Virus record (IMG/VR): IMGVR_UViG_3300021375_002698
Strand: one strand, 5' to 3'
Origin: a virus
DNA: 64,000 bases
The position numbers were made by a program, and so were the translations under genes. The notes under the pieces were generated by a model. That model was not told the DNA's origin, did no database searches, and saw only the letters and a program-made list of their open reading frames with translations. Positions 38,205-47,415 of this stretch are shown one piece after another; within the stretch, counting starts at the first letter, position 1, and each line of letters starts with the position of its first letter.

Positions 38205-39197
38205 ATGAAAAACAATGCTGTTTGTTCTTTTATTCTAAATATTGCTATTTTACAATTTACTGGTTGCTCTTCCTTAGTAGACTCTGGACCAGAGCCGCTT
38301 TCTAAAGAGGAGTTTGTAAAAGAAATTACTACAAATATTTTAAGAAACATTGACAAAGAAAATGAAGTTTCTATCAATGTTTCGCAATTAGAAAAAGAAG
38401 AGAATGGTTCCATTGGGTCAAAGGGTGAAACAGGTCCAGTAGGTGAAACAGGCCCAAGAGGTGAAACAGGTCCAAGAGGTGAAACAGGTCCAAGAGGTGA
38501 AACAGGTCCAAGAGGTGAAACAGGTCCAAGAGGTGAAACAGGTCCAAGAGGTGAAACAGGTCCAGTAGGTCCAGCGCCTAACATTGAAGAAATACTCTCA
38601 GAATTACAATTGCAAAACAATACACAACAATTGCCACAAGGTCTTGAACCTTTCTCAACATATAAAATAACAGATGAAGGTGAGATTGTTGGAAAGTTAA
38701 TTAGCAGATATCATAATTTTAGAAGATACAGCTACAGCACAGACCAGCATACAATGGACATGTGTGAAAACTGGAACATTGCAGTTTATAATGAAGAAGA
38801 ACAGCAGGTTAAGAAAATTCATTTTGATACATGTATTAATCAAAAACTTTCAACTTACATGGGATGGGATCCTTGTAGATCTTATACAGGATGGTGGAAG
38901 CGACATTCTAATTCATACTTGCAAGAATATACAACACCAGAAAATGCAAGATGTTCTCATGAGGTTACAGGTGAAAGAGACAATACTTATGAATACTTCA
39001 AAGACATAATGCAAAGATGGGTCATGTCAGCAGGTAAGCATATTAAATTAAACAATTCTTACTATAAAGTCACAGATACTGAAAGAGTTTATACTGAATT
39101 TGTAAATGGTTCGAATACAGTTGGAGTTCCTCACAAACTTGTCCTTATTTTAGAGTATGTTGGTGAAGAAATAGAAGGTAATGAGTATATTCATTAA
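38205..39197 (+). CDS. Collagen-like repeat lipoprotein
   Basis: Lipobox FTGC; Gly-X-Y run of GETGP(R/V) encoded by an 18-bp tandem repeat at about 38423-38572. Confidence 0.85.
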   Translation: MKNNAVCSFILNIAILQFTGCSSLVDSGPEPLSKEEFVKEITTNILRNIDKENEVSINVSQLEKEENGSIGSKGETGPVGETGPRGETGPRGETGPRGETGPRGETGPRGETGPRGETGPVGPAPNIEEILSELQLQNNTQQLPQGLEPFSTYKITDEGEIVGKLISRYHNFRRYSYSTDQHTMDMCENWNIAVYNEEEQQVKKIHFDTCINQKLSTYMGWDPCRSYTGWWKRHSNSYLQEYTTPENARCSHEVTGERDNTYEYFKDIMQRWVMSAGKHIKLNNSYYKVTDTERVYTEFVNGSNTVGVPHKLVLILEYVGEEIEGNEYIH

Positions 39198-39248
39198 TTA
39201 GATAAACATGACTATTATTTAAACTATTTTACATTGTAAGGAGCAATA

Positions 39249-39797
39249 ATGAAGTATGTTGTTTATATTGTTTTGATGACGTTATCTGCTACAGGCTTCT
39301 GCAAAAAGAGTCTGGAAAAATTTAATTGCAGCAGTCAATGTGGTATCGTTAAGAACAAAAGACTTAAGTTGGGAGATACTGTGATTTATCATGGTGATAT
39401 GTATGTATTAAGTGATTTAATAAATAGTAAGACTTTGTATCCAAGACTAACTTTAGCAATAATTGATAAAAGTTGTGATAATGCTTATATCAACTGGTTA
39501 ACTTTGAACAAAGACAAGATTGAGACGATTGATATTAAAAAATACAAATTTGGCAGATTTTTGGAGGAAGAGGCTGAAATTAAAATTCACTTGATGAAAG
39601 TTAAAGAGAACAATCCAGATACTGAATATGTTGTTGTTATAAGCTCAATGTATTTGTTTCGTTTTTATATAGACTTACATAACTTTAATCTTAAAAAATC
39701 AAAGTTATTAACTTTTGGAAGTAAATCTAAGAAAGTATCATTCAAGTATTTTAGTTTGTTTAACAAAACAATTGATGTTACTCATGAGTGTAAATAA
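39249..39797 (+). CDS. Secreted hypothetical protein
   Basis: Signal peptide; AAGGAG RBS. Confidence 0.7.
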   Translation: MKYVVYIVLMTLSATGFCKKSLEKFNCSSQCGIVKNKRLKLGDTVIYHGDMYVLSDLINSKTLYPRLTLAIIDKSCDNAYINWLTLNKDKIETIDIKKYKFGRFLEEEAEIKIHLMKVKENNPDTEYVVVISSMYLFRFYIDLHNFNLKKSKLLTFGSKSKKVSFKYFSLFNKTIDVTHECK

Positions 39798-39875
39798 ATT
39801 ATTATATATTGTATAATATAAGTGTGGGGAAGGAAATAATAATTTTATTTTTAACAGCTTTTGAAAGGTTTTAGA

Positions 39876-40133
39876 ATGTATGATTTTGAAAGTTTTAGAG
39901 ATGAGTATAGATTTTTAATTTTAGGATATATTGCAAGTGGTGAGAAAAGTTATCATGATGTATGTGAGCTTATTAATGTTTGTGACTTATACAAAGATCA
40001 TTTAATTTCTGCAGATGAGATCATAATCATGATTTTAGAGTTGGAAGTAGATCAAGATATTATATACAATGAAGACTCTGATACATGGGCATTGAATTCA
40101 CTAAGTGTAAATATTGAATATTGTGATGTATAA
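39876..40133 (+). CDS. Acidic winged-helix-like protein, paralog of 43133-43345
   Basis: RDE(Y/F)R..IL.YI...I.ELE..Q.(I/V)I...D.D.W. Confidence 0.7.
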   Translation: MYDFESFRDEYRFLILGYIASGEKSYHDVCELINVCDLYKDHLISADEIIIMILELEVDQDIIYNEDSDTWALNSLSVNIEYCDV

Positions 40134-40189
40134 TTCTTATGTAAGGAATTATTCAATAAATTTTTTAACAACTTTTTTGGAGTTACGTT

Positions 40190-40489
40190 ATGAGTAGAAG
40201 ATATACTAATTTATTAATTGATGATATTGAGAATAGTTTGTTAACAAGAAAATTTATTCTTGACAATCTATTAGAATGGTTAAGTGAAGATGAAGTTGAA
40301 GAGTTTGCTAAAAGCAAAATTTACACAGAAGATGAAGATGCAGATGAAGATGAAGTTGAAGACATGTACACAGTTTGGGTTGGTGGTACTGAAGTTGTTG
40401 ATAATTATGTTTCTTATAAAACAGCTAAAGAAATAAGGAACAAATTCAAGAGTGAAGGATACGATGACGTTATTATATCTATAGCTTAA
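40190..40489 (+). CDS. Acidic hypothetical protein
   Basis: YTVWVGGTEV...GYDDV motif. Confidence 0.75.
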   Translation: MSRRYTNLLIDDIENSLLTRKFILDNLLEWLSEDEVEEFAKSKIYTEDEDADEDEVEDMYTVWVGGTEVVDNYVSYKTAKEIRNKFKSEGYDDVIISIA

Positions 40490-40522
40490 AGACTATATTT
40501 GATAATTATAGGGAATGTTTAA

Positions 40523-40987
40523 ATGAAATTTAAAAAAATTAAAGTATCACTTCTCTTCTGTATCTGCATATTGCTTGATGTAAGTTATACTATGTCTAGA
40601 CCTGAGATAAACTGTAAAATAGAAGTCAAAAAAGGCGAGTGGAGTAATTGTGAGGCAGAGAAGAAAAGGAAGAAAAAAGTTTTGTACAAATTTTCTAGAC
40701 TGTTTTTAGACTGCATAAACGAGAAAATAGATAAAGATGATTTGACAAAGCAAAAAACATTTGTAAATTGTGAATCGTTTTTTGCTTTGTATTACTTTTA
40801 TAAATTCAAAAAGCCGTGGGATCAATCATCTGCTTTTTTTAATCTTAAAGATGTTATTAAAAAAATGATTGATGATGAGCATGAAGGTGTGGTTCTTTGT
40901 GTTTATAAAGATACATATTGTTTTAGAACAGCTCCAGTAGGAAGCTTAAGAAACAATTGTCAGATTCATCCTGTTTTATGCAAATAA
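40523..40987 (+). CDS. Cys-containing putative secreted protein
   Basis: Signal-like N-terminus. Confidence 0.6.
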   Translation: MKFKKIKVSLLFCICILLDVSYTMSRPEINCKIEVKKGEWSNCEAEKKRKKKVLYKFSRLFLDCINEKIDKDDLTKQKTFVNCESFFALYYFYKFKKPWDQSSAFFNLKDVIKKMIDDEHEGVVLCVYKDTYCFRTAPVGSLRNNCQIHPVLCK

Positions 40988-41024
40988 TTTTAGAAAGTTT
41001 TTTATTTTTCTTGAAAGGTTATGT

Positions 41025-41246
41025 ATGTTTTTTGTTACGTTTTCTGTTAAAGACTCTTATGAAGTTCAAGATCTTTTTGGTCCTTTTATTAGTTTAGATG
41101 AAGCAAAAGAAAAAGTTATAGGTGATGGATACAGTATAGATGGATCTTACTTTTCTTTTTTCAGGATAAGTCATGGAGGTTCAGATAAGCTGTTAAAAGT
41201 TGGACATGTTTTATTTCATAATAAAAGTATAGAAGAGATTTTTTAA
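41025..41246 (+). CDS. Hypothetical protein, paralog of 25844-26089
   Basis: LFGPFISLDEA...FFRI..VGHVLF. Confidence 0.75.
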   Translation: MFFVTFSVKDSYEVQDLFGPFISLDEAKEKVIGDGYSIDGSYFSFFRISHGGSDKLLKVGHVLFHNKSIEEIF

Positions 41247-41329
41247 GTAAGGAGAAAGATATACGATGGAGAAAATGTAGTAGTAGTAAATTATATCGAT
41301 GATTTGTAATTTAAAAAAGGATTATTAGA

Positions 41330-41617
41330 TTGAGTATTTTAGTAAATAAATTTCCGTTACATGATGGTATAAGAGTGATTCCTGAGAAAACATCTATTAA
41401 ATATACTAAAACTTACACGGGTTATATACCTTATCATGGTCGTATTGTATATGATATTACATGTGAAGTTGCAGGACATGATTTTGTAATTTCATGTTCA
41501 AAAGATGTAGAAGATAATATGGATTTGATTCGGGTAAACAATATTATACGTAATGACTTTTTATTACCGCTTTATTGGAAAGACGTGTTTGATGAAAAGT
41601 TTCCGTTAATCGTGTAA
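41330..41617 (+). CDS. Hypothetical protein
   Basis: AAGG RBS; stop lies inside the next GTGTAA. Confidence 0.7.
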   Translation: MSILVNKFPLHDGIRVIPEKTSIKYTKTYTGYIPYHGRIVYDITCEVAGHDFVISCSKDVEDNMDLIRVNNIIRNDFLLPLYWKDVFDEKFPLIV

Positions 41618-41695
41618 TATTTTTTATTAATATATTATAATATCATTGTAAGGAATTATTAAATAATATTTTTAACAGCTTTTGAAAGGCTTAAT

Positions 41696-41974
41696 ATGAG
41701 ATGTAAAAATGAAATGGGAAATAGAGCTTTAGGTATGTATGTTAACAGTGAACATGTAGATGTGTCTAAAGAGTTAATAATTGATATAGTTCGTCAAATA
41801 GTAAAGAACTGTCATAATGATGGCTTTGATGAGATTGAAGCTGATGATTATTCTGAAGCAGGAATGATTAAACTATTTATGGAAGTTGCTAATGAAATAG
41901 GATATCATAGATTACAAAGAGACTTGCAAAGTTTGTCTACAGGTTATAACTTCTGTTGTAGTAATTGTAAGTAG
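41696..41974 (+). CDS. Hypothetical protein, duplicate of 36848-37108
   Basis: High protein and DNA identity, including the leader. Confidence 0.85.
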   Translation: MRCKNEMGNRALGMYVNSEHVDVSKELIIDIVRQIVKNCHNDGFDEIEADDYSEAGMIKLFMEVANEIGYHRLQRDLQSLSTGYNFCCSNCK

Positions 41975-42013
41975 GAATAATATTTTCAACAACTTTTGAA
42001 AGGAGACTTTATT

Positions 42014-42823
42014 ATGGCTAGAAACTTGAAAGTTTGGTCGTCATTAAACTACAGCAAAGAAAGCAAAAGTAGAAGTAATCAATACCAAAACACTATGTCT
42101 TCATTATTATTAAGCCTTCGCAATGATAACAATGAGTACAGTAGAATGAGCAATAAGAATACAAGTCCTGACGTAATAAAAGCATATAAACATGCTATCA
42201 ACAAGAGAATAGCAAAGTTAAGAGAGTTAAACAAGGGTAAAAACTGCCCTTTCGAAAGAATTCAAGAAGTCGAATATGGGAAGAAAAAAGTGGAGTATAA
42301 GGAGACTTTGTTTTTTATAGAATACCCGCAACCAAATTCTTCCTTAGCATATCAAAGGTCACATATAATTGACTTTAATGTTTTAAGCAAATTAAATAAA
42401 AGTGTTGTCTATGGAAAATTATCGTTATATAGTTTAGCGTTATTACTTTGGACTTTAGAGATGACATGCTGTTATGCAGATTCAACTAAAGAAAACAAAG
42501 AGCACCCTAAAAACAAAGACATCTCAGTAAGCAGTGGGTGGGAAAATGAACTGCCAGGAATTAATAATGTGAATGTTTATTTGAAAGAAGCAGGCGGTAA
42601 AAGTAGATTAATAAGCACAAAGGAATTCTTAGATATTAGAAAAGAGCTGTACGAAATTAAAGAATCGTTGACTAATGATATCAAAAAAAATCTAAACAAT
42701 ACAGAAGAGATATTCAACAAGTACAGTAGGATTTTTTCTATGATATCTTTGTCTAGTGGTATAGCAATGGACTCTAGTATATTAGATAAAATAGTTAATA
42801 ATATAGTTGATTTAATGATATAG
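42014..42823 (+). CDS. Hypothetical protein (start corrected)
   Basis: ATG after a leader variant; QRSHIID..CC motif could bind metal. Confidence 0.7.
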   Translation: MARNLKVWSSLNYSKESKSRSNQYQNTMSSLLLSLRNDNNEYSRMSNKNTSPDVIKAYKHAINKRIAKLRELNKGKNCPFERIQEVEYGKKKVEYKETLFFIEYPQPNSSLAYQRSHIIDFNVLSKLNKSVVYGKLSLYSLALLLWTLEMTCCYADSTKENKEHPKNKDISVSSGWENELPGINNVNVYLKEAGGKSRLISTKEFLDIRKELYEIKESLTNDIKKNLNNTEEIFNKYSRIFSMISLSSGIAMDSSILDKIVNNIVDLMI

Positions 42824-42877
42824 TTGATTTATCTGTCTACAGTTTTGTTTTTAACAACTTTTGCGGAGTCTATTTGT

Positions 42878-43030
42878 ATGAATAAAAAAGATAAGATTAG
42901 AATTGTTAAACATTCACTTACTGTTATAGAAGAGATGCAAGTTAGAATAATAGTTGTATTTTTGTTTGTACTGACTATCGTTATAACTTTTTGTCTTGCT
43001 ACTCTTTTATATAACTATTTATTTAGTTAA
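42878..43030 (+). CDS. Small membrane protein
   Basis: GGAG RBS; C-terminal TM. Confidence 0.55.
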   Translation: MNKKDKIRIVKHSLTVIEEMQVRIIVVFLFVLTIVITFCLATLLYNYLFS

Positions 43031-43132
43031 GATAAAATAAATTTATAAGTGTAATATGCAATATTGCAATGTATAATATACATGCAAGGAATTATTAAAT
43101 AATATTTTTAACTTCATTTGAAAGATTTAATT

Positions 43133-43345
43133 ATGACAGTTTTAAAAGACATAAGAGATGAGTTTCGTTCTAGCATTTTAGAGTATATTCAAGATAATGA
43201 CTGTTCGCTTGATGAGATTATTGAGCAAGTACCGCATGTTCCAATGGATGCTTTGTATAGTATTCTTGACGAATTAGAAGAAGAACAAGAAGTTATACAT
43301 GATGTTGATCAAGATGTCTGGAGCATACATCCAGCAAACTTATAA
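43133..43345 (+). CDS. Acidic winged-helix-like protein, paralog of 39876-40133
   Basis: Own promoter; aligns with 39876-40133. Confidence 0.75.
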   Translation: MTVLKDIRDEFRSSILEYIQDNDCSLDEIIEQVPHVPMDALYSILDELEEEQEVIHDVDQDVWSIHPANL

Positions 43346-43415
43346 AGTTTATTATTCGTATGATACACATATTGTATCGTCAATTATTTCATTCTATTTA
43401 AAAAAGGTAAGAAAC

Positions 43416-43757
43416 ATGTTCGAAGTAAATATTACACATAAACATTACTCAGAAGATATAATCAATTTATTATGTTCAGGTTTTGAAGGCGGAATTAATT
43501 ATTGGGCGTCTGTTGTGCTTGAAGGCGGAAAGCATTGGTACGATATTGAGAATCCTGATTGGTGCGTTGCTGTATATGATAATGAAACTGATGACTTGTT
43601 AGGAAGACTTAATATATCATCACTTCAGTCTGGATTAAAGACAATGCATGATATTGCGCCTAGTCATTATAACAACTTGTTAAAAGAGGATTGTGATGCT
43701 ATTACAGGTGATGTATTTATACAGTGTTGTTTGTTTGATGAAATAGTTTACGGTTAG
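43416..43757 (+). CDS. Conserved-looking phage hypothetical protein
   Basis: FEGGINYWA...DAITGDVFIQ..LFDEIVYG; start corrected. Confidence 0.8.
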   Translation: MFEVNITHKHYSEDIINLLCSGFEGGINYWASVVLEGGKHWYDIENPDWCVAVYDNETDDLLGRLNISSLQSGLKTMHDIAPSHYNNLLKEDCDAITGDVFIQCCLFDEIVYG

Positions 43758-43760
43758 GAA

Positions 43761-44078
43761 TTGTTAATGTTTTTAACTACAAAGTTAAACCTTGTTGTTA
43801 CTAGCAATGGTAAAGACTATTATGAATTGCCTGCTAACTCTAACATAAAACTTTTAAGTGTAGAAGACTTTTACGATGTTAATAGCGAAACTATTCACTA
43901 TAATTTAAATTGTAATATTATGAATGGAGGATTTATAATAAACTGTAAACGATTTAGCAAAGAAAGTGATTTGGTTGTTAGAAACTCTGGTTATAGCAGT
44001 GTTTATCTTAATGATTTTCTTAGAGCGTGGTGTGATGTGTTTAAAGAAGAAGTACCAGATATTCTTCGTGTAAAATAA
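43761..44078 (+). CDS. Hypothetical protein
   Basis: ORF whose end overlaps the next promoter. Confidence 0.6.
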   Translation: MLMFLTTKLNLVVTSNGKDYYELPANSNIKLLSVEDFYDVNSETIHYNLNCNIMNGGFIINCKRFSKESDLVVRNSGYSSVYLNDFLRAWCDVFKEEVPDILRVK

Positions 44079-44151
44079 AAAATTGTAGTGTATAATCTAT
44101 ATGCAAGGAATTATTAAATAATATTTTTAACTGCTTTTGAAAGGTTTAATT

Positions 44152-44580
44152 ATGAGCAAGACTCCTATCCCTAATATTCTTAGTAATATAACTGCTGAAG
44201 ATGCATGTGATATGATTTACAACAGAATGTTAACAGATCTTCAATATCAGGAAAAGATTATAGTTAATGAGCAATATATGGCTGATGTTTTTTTAGATCC
44301 AGGTGAAAATACTCGATATCGTTTTAAAGAACTATATTCAAACAAAAACAACATCCCAAAAGACATTGATGATTATGAAGATGTGTACGAAGAATATCCA
44401 GCACTTTCTTTTATTGAAGAAAGAGTTTGTGAGAAAGATGGTGTTGAAATAGTTATAAATATGGGATTAAACTTTATGAGTGTGTATCATAGATACTTTG
44501 ACTGTGATATGCCCAAAGAAGAAACAGCTTATGGAAAGTTTATTGATATTATCAATGAAGGTGGCATTTACGCAATTTAA
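44152..44580 (+). CDS. Acidic hypothetical protein (start corrected)
   Basis: Promoter plus leader element. Confidence 0.75.
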   Translation: MSKTPIPNILSNITAEDACDMIYNRMLTDLQYQEKIIVNEQYMADVFLDPGENTRYRFKELYSNKNNIPKDIDDYEDVYEEYPALSFIEERVCEKDGVEIVINMGLNFMSVYHRYFDCDMPKEETAYGKFIDIINEGGIYAI

Positions 44581-44602
44581 AATAAAGGAATAATTATAGT
44601 GA

Positions 44603-45076
44603 ATGTTATTTAAAAGTAATAGAAAGAGATATAAGAATAATAAGATGCTTAATTTTCATTTCAAGAACCACAAAAAAGAAGAAAACTGGATAAATTCATT
44701 TATAAATTCAGGTTACTCGTTCAACAAAGATGACTGTTGTGATGAAGTTGCTGTTATTATCTGTAAAGAGCTAATAGATAGAAAAGTAATAGACTTTGAA
44801 GTCATCGAAGGTTGGTTATGGGTTGACAATAAAAGAAAGCCGATTTCACATACGTGGATAGAGTTTAATGATGGAATGGTAATTGACCCTGTGTGCAGAA
44901 TCAATTTAATGGAAAAGCATACTGAAGTGATTAGAGTTGATGGTCATACAAAAGTAAAGTATATACAAGGAAGTAAATTAAAAGACTCTTTTGAGTGGTT
45001 TGAAGAAAAAGTATACAACAGTCAAGAGTATATTGATAAGTATACATTATTAGAGCTGTTTAATAACATTAACTAA
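44603..45076 (+). CDS. Transglutaminase/papain-like fold protein
   Basis: DCCDEVA...HTWIE..GMVIDP (C-H-D pattern). Confidence 0.55.
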   Translation: MLFKSNRKRYKNNKMLNFHFKNHKKEENWINSFINSGYSFNKDDCCDEVAVIICKELIDRKVIDFEVIEGWLWVDNKRKPISHTWIEFNDGMVIDPVCRINLMEKHTEVIRVDGHTKVKYIQGSKLKDSFEWFEEKVYNSQEYIDKYTLLELFNNIN

Positions 45077-45101
45077 TCTTTTTACTTTTAAAACTAGGAA
45101 T

Positions 45102-45341
45102 TTGTTCATGGTAAATAAAAAAATTAGTCAAACAAATCAATTTCAAAACATTCTATTTAAAGTACAAGTATTTGAATCTAATGGAAGTTGTATAGAAATG
45201 CATTGCCTGGGCAAAAGCGATGTTTATAGTTTTATTGAAGAACAAAAGTTATTGATTGGTTTGTCAAGATATCAAGGATACAAATGTGTTCCTATAAAAT
45301 TATCGATATTTGCAAAAAGTGTTTTTAATAAAAAAAGTTAA
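45102..45341 (+). CDS. Hypothetical protein
   Basis: ORF. Confidence 0.55.
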   Translation: MFMVNKKISQTNQFQNILFKVQVFESNGSCIEMHCLGKSDVYSFIEEQKLLIGLSRYQGYKCVPIKLSIFAKSVFNKKS

Positions 45342-45373
45342 AACGATATAAGTTTATTTAAAAAAGGATTACT

Positions 45374-45613
45374 ATGAAAATTGCAACGTGGAAGATTCCT
45401 GAAAGCTTTTCAGCAGATAGAAATGTCTCAATGACTTGCAGAATTAAACATTATAGATTTGACATGAATCATTTCTTGATTGACAACACGCAAATTGTAC
45501 CAACAGTGCAGACAACAAAAAACGTATTGTATTCATACGACTTCTTCAGCGCTGTATTAGCTGTTGATGAAAACTCTTATGTAAAGCATACTGAATTTAA
45601 TTCAGCACCTTGA
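45374..45613 (+). CDS. Hypothetical protein
   Basis: AAGG RBS. Confidence 0.65.
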   Translation: MKIATWKIPESFSADRNVSMTCRIKHYRFDMNHFLIDNTQIVPTVQTTKNVLYSYDFFSAVLAVDENSYVKHTEFNSAP

Positions 45614-45709
45614 CATACCAATTGTGTAAAAAAAAATATAATTTATTTATAATTTTTTTGTTAGGAATTATAAATAAATTCAAACAATTAATTAAAAAAG
45701 GAATTTAAA

Positions 45710-45868
45710 ATGGATCTTTTATTTACATACGCTTTTTTTATATTTGTATTCGCTTCGTTTATTATTACTATTTTATTTATAGACAGCAATCCAGAGGTAT
45801 CTTTGCTTATTTGGTGTTGCGTTGTTTTATATACAGTAATAGATATCTTAAGAAAGAGTGAATTGTAA
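45710..45868 (+). CDS. 52-aa 2-TM peptide (not in ORF track)
   Basis: Behind promoter 45624 and an AAGG RBS; MDLLFTYAFFIFVF... Confidence 0.6.
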   Translation: MDLLFTYAFFIFVFASFIITILFIDSNPEVSLLIWCCVVLYTVIDILRKSEL

Positions 45869-45964
45869 AAGTATCTTAGTGTATATGCATTTAAGCTATG
45901 TTGAGTATGTGTATAAAAAAGTATGTGATGTACATAAAATACCAGTTTTTTGTAGGACTAAATA

Positions 45965-46213
45965 ATGATTAAAATCAAGCAAAACATGACATCTATAAAA
46001 AGGTTATTAAAAATGAACGTTAATCAAGAAGAAATAAAAAAGCTCAGTTTTTCATTGAACAATTTCATAGAAAACAAGAGTTGTATAGTTGACATTACAA
46101 TTAACAATAAGTCTTTAAAAATAAAGCGCAGTGATGACTTATATTTTATAGAAGATTACGGATGGACAAGCGCGTTTGGAATATATTGCAAAATCACGAA
46201 CAAGTATGATTAA
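45965..46213 (+). CDS. Hypothetical protein
   Basis: ORF; true start may be the internal ATG near 46013. Confidence 0.55.
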   Translation: MIKIKQNMTSIKRLLKMNVNQEEIKKLSFSLNNFIENKSCIVDITINNKSLKIKRSDDLYFIEDYGWTSAFGIYCKITNKYD

Positions 46214-46498
46214 AGAATAAATCTTAAGTGTGCTGAATTATATTGTAGACTTAAATAAACTATAAGTAAGTTATTTAAATTAAAAACAGCGCAGTAAGAA
46301 GTATCTTAGACTTAAAAGTACGATATAGTTGTTACACTTAAAGATAAACTTTGTTTTAATAAAGCTTAACAATTTTTTATTTGAGTAAACAAACTTTGAA
46401 TTTTCAAATAAAAAGACTGTTGTACAATTAAAGAGTGTAATTTTTTATAATATTTTTTATAATATTATTGTAAATAAAAAAAGTCATTAGGAGAAAAA

Positions 46499-46648
46499 AT
46501 GTTAGACTTATTAATTTTAATATTTATGATGTCAACTGCTTATGTAGCAGGTATTACTGTTTACATTAAACATGATGATATAAAGAAATCAGTACTTGCA
46601 TTTTTAGTTATTCAGTTAACTTTCGTATATTGTTCTTTTTACATATAA
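46499..46648 (+). CDS. 49-aa 2-TM peptide (not in ORF track)
   Basis: Behind promoter 46435 and an AGGAG RBS. Confidence 0.6.
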   Translation: MLDLLILIFMMSTAYVAGITVYIKHDDIKKSVLAFLVIQLTFVYCSFYI

Positions 46649-46662
46649 AGGAGGAAAAAATT

Positions 46663-46872
46663 ATGAGTAATGATACATATAGATTTAAAATGATAATGAA
46701 AGAAATGGAATTCTTGCTAGAAGAAGCTTATGAAATTCTTCCAAATGGATCACATTGTTCTTCTTTATCATATAGTACATGGTATTCTATAATAAAGTCA
46801 GCAATTCATGATGAAGAAGAAAATGAATATGATATGAATGAAGCATTAAAACAACTAAATTCTTTAGAATAG
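46663..46872 (+). CDS. Hypothetical protein (start corrected)
   Basis: AGGAGG RBS. Confidence 0.7.
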   Translation: MSNDTYRFKMIMKEMEFLLEEAYEILPNGSHCSSLSYSTWYSIIKSAIHDEEENEYDMNEALKQLNSLE

Positions 46873-46883
46873 AAGTGGATATT

Positions 46884-47414
46884 ATGGAAAACTCAAAATC
46901 AAAATATACAGCTTTGTCTGGCAATACACTACCTAACAAAGACATCATGTCATTCGTTGCAGAGTATGCTAAAGATACAAGTTTCAGCATCCTTGATTGG
47001 GGCGCAGGAAAAGGTCGTCATACTAAAGCGTTAAGATCATTAGGTTATAAGGTGTGGAGCTATGATCCTTACAACGGAAAAGATACAGAAGATGGTTATA
47101 ATAATGTCTCTAGCAGATTACCAACAGAAAAACATGACTTGGTCTTTTCTTCTTACGTTTTAAATGTTATACATGAATGTGATTTAGATAAAAATATAAA
47201 AGTGATGGAAAGCTTTACAAAGAGCAATGGAATTATTTGTCACAAAGTTCGCGAAGATAGTGAATTAATTAATAAAACTGTTAAAGCTAAATGTAAGTCA
47301 GTATTAGGCAAAAGAGGAAGCATACAGAGACTAATTCTTCAAACAGACTTGAGTGACTACAAAAGAGACAAAAAAAGAAAGATTTATTTCAAAAAGATTG
47401 AAAGAAAGAAATGA
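46884..47414 (+). CDS. Class I SAM-dependent methyltransferase
   Basis: ILDWGAGKG, YDPY, DLVFSSYVLNVI. Confidence 0.85.
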   Translation: MENSKSKYTALSGNTLPNKDIMSFVAEYAKDTSFSILDWGAGKGRHTKALRSLGYKVWSYDPYNGKDTEDGYNNVSSRLPTEKHDLVFSSYVLNVIHECDLDKNIKVMESFTKSNGIICHKVREDSELINKTVKAKCKSVLGKRGSIQRLILQTDLSDYKRDKKRKIYFKKIERKK

Positions 47415-47415
47415 T

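Larger units (their letters stand above)
34643..44144 (+). promoter_or_regulatory. Repeated translation-initiation element TAACWGCTTTTGAAAGG-N6-10-ATG (about 11 copies plus variants)
   Basis: Copies at 34643, 35036, 35253, 35637, 36825, 37569, 38180, 39852, 41673, 41987, 44128; variants near 40166, 41010, 42852, 43109. Confidence 0.9.

Noticed and set aside
24668-40146. Recurrent ATGTAA start-stop minigenes after the -10 box
   Set aside because: With TATAAT at -12 to -7, the G is +1 and the AT is not transcribed. Other copies read TTGTAA, GTGTGG or ATGCAA, so the conserved feature is the TG start site.
35045-44152. Shared 'MKG..' N-terminal peptide in many ORF-track proteins
   Set aside because: An artefact of calling TTG within the TTGAAAGG RBS element; the true starts are the downstream ATGs.
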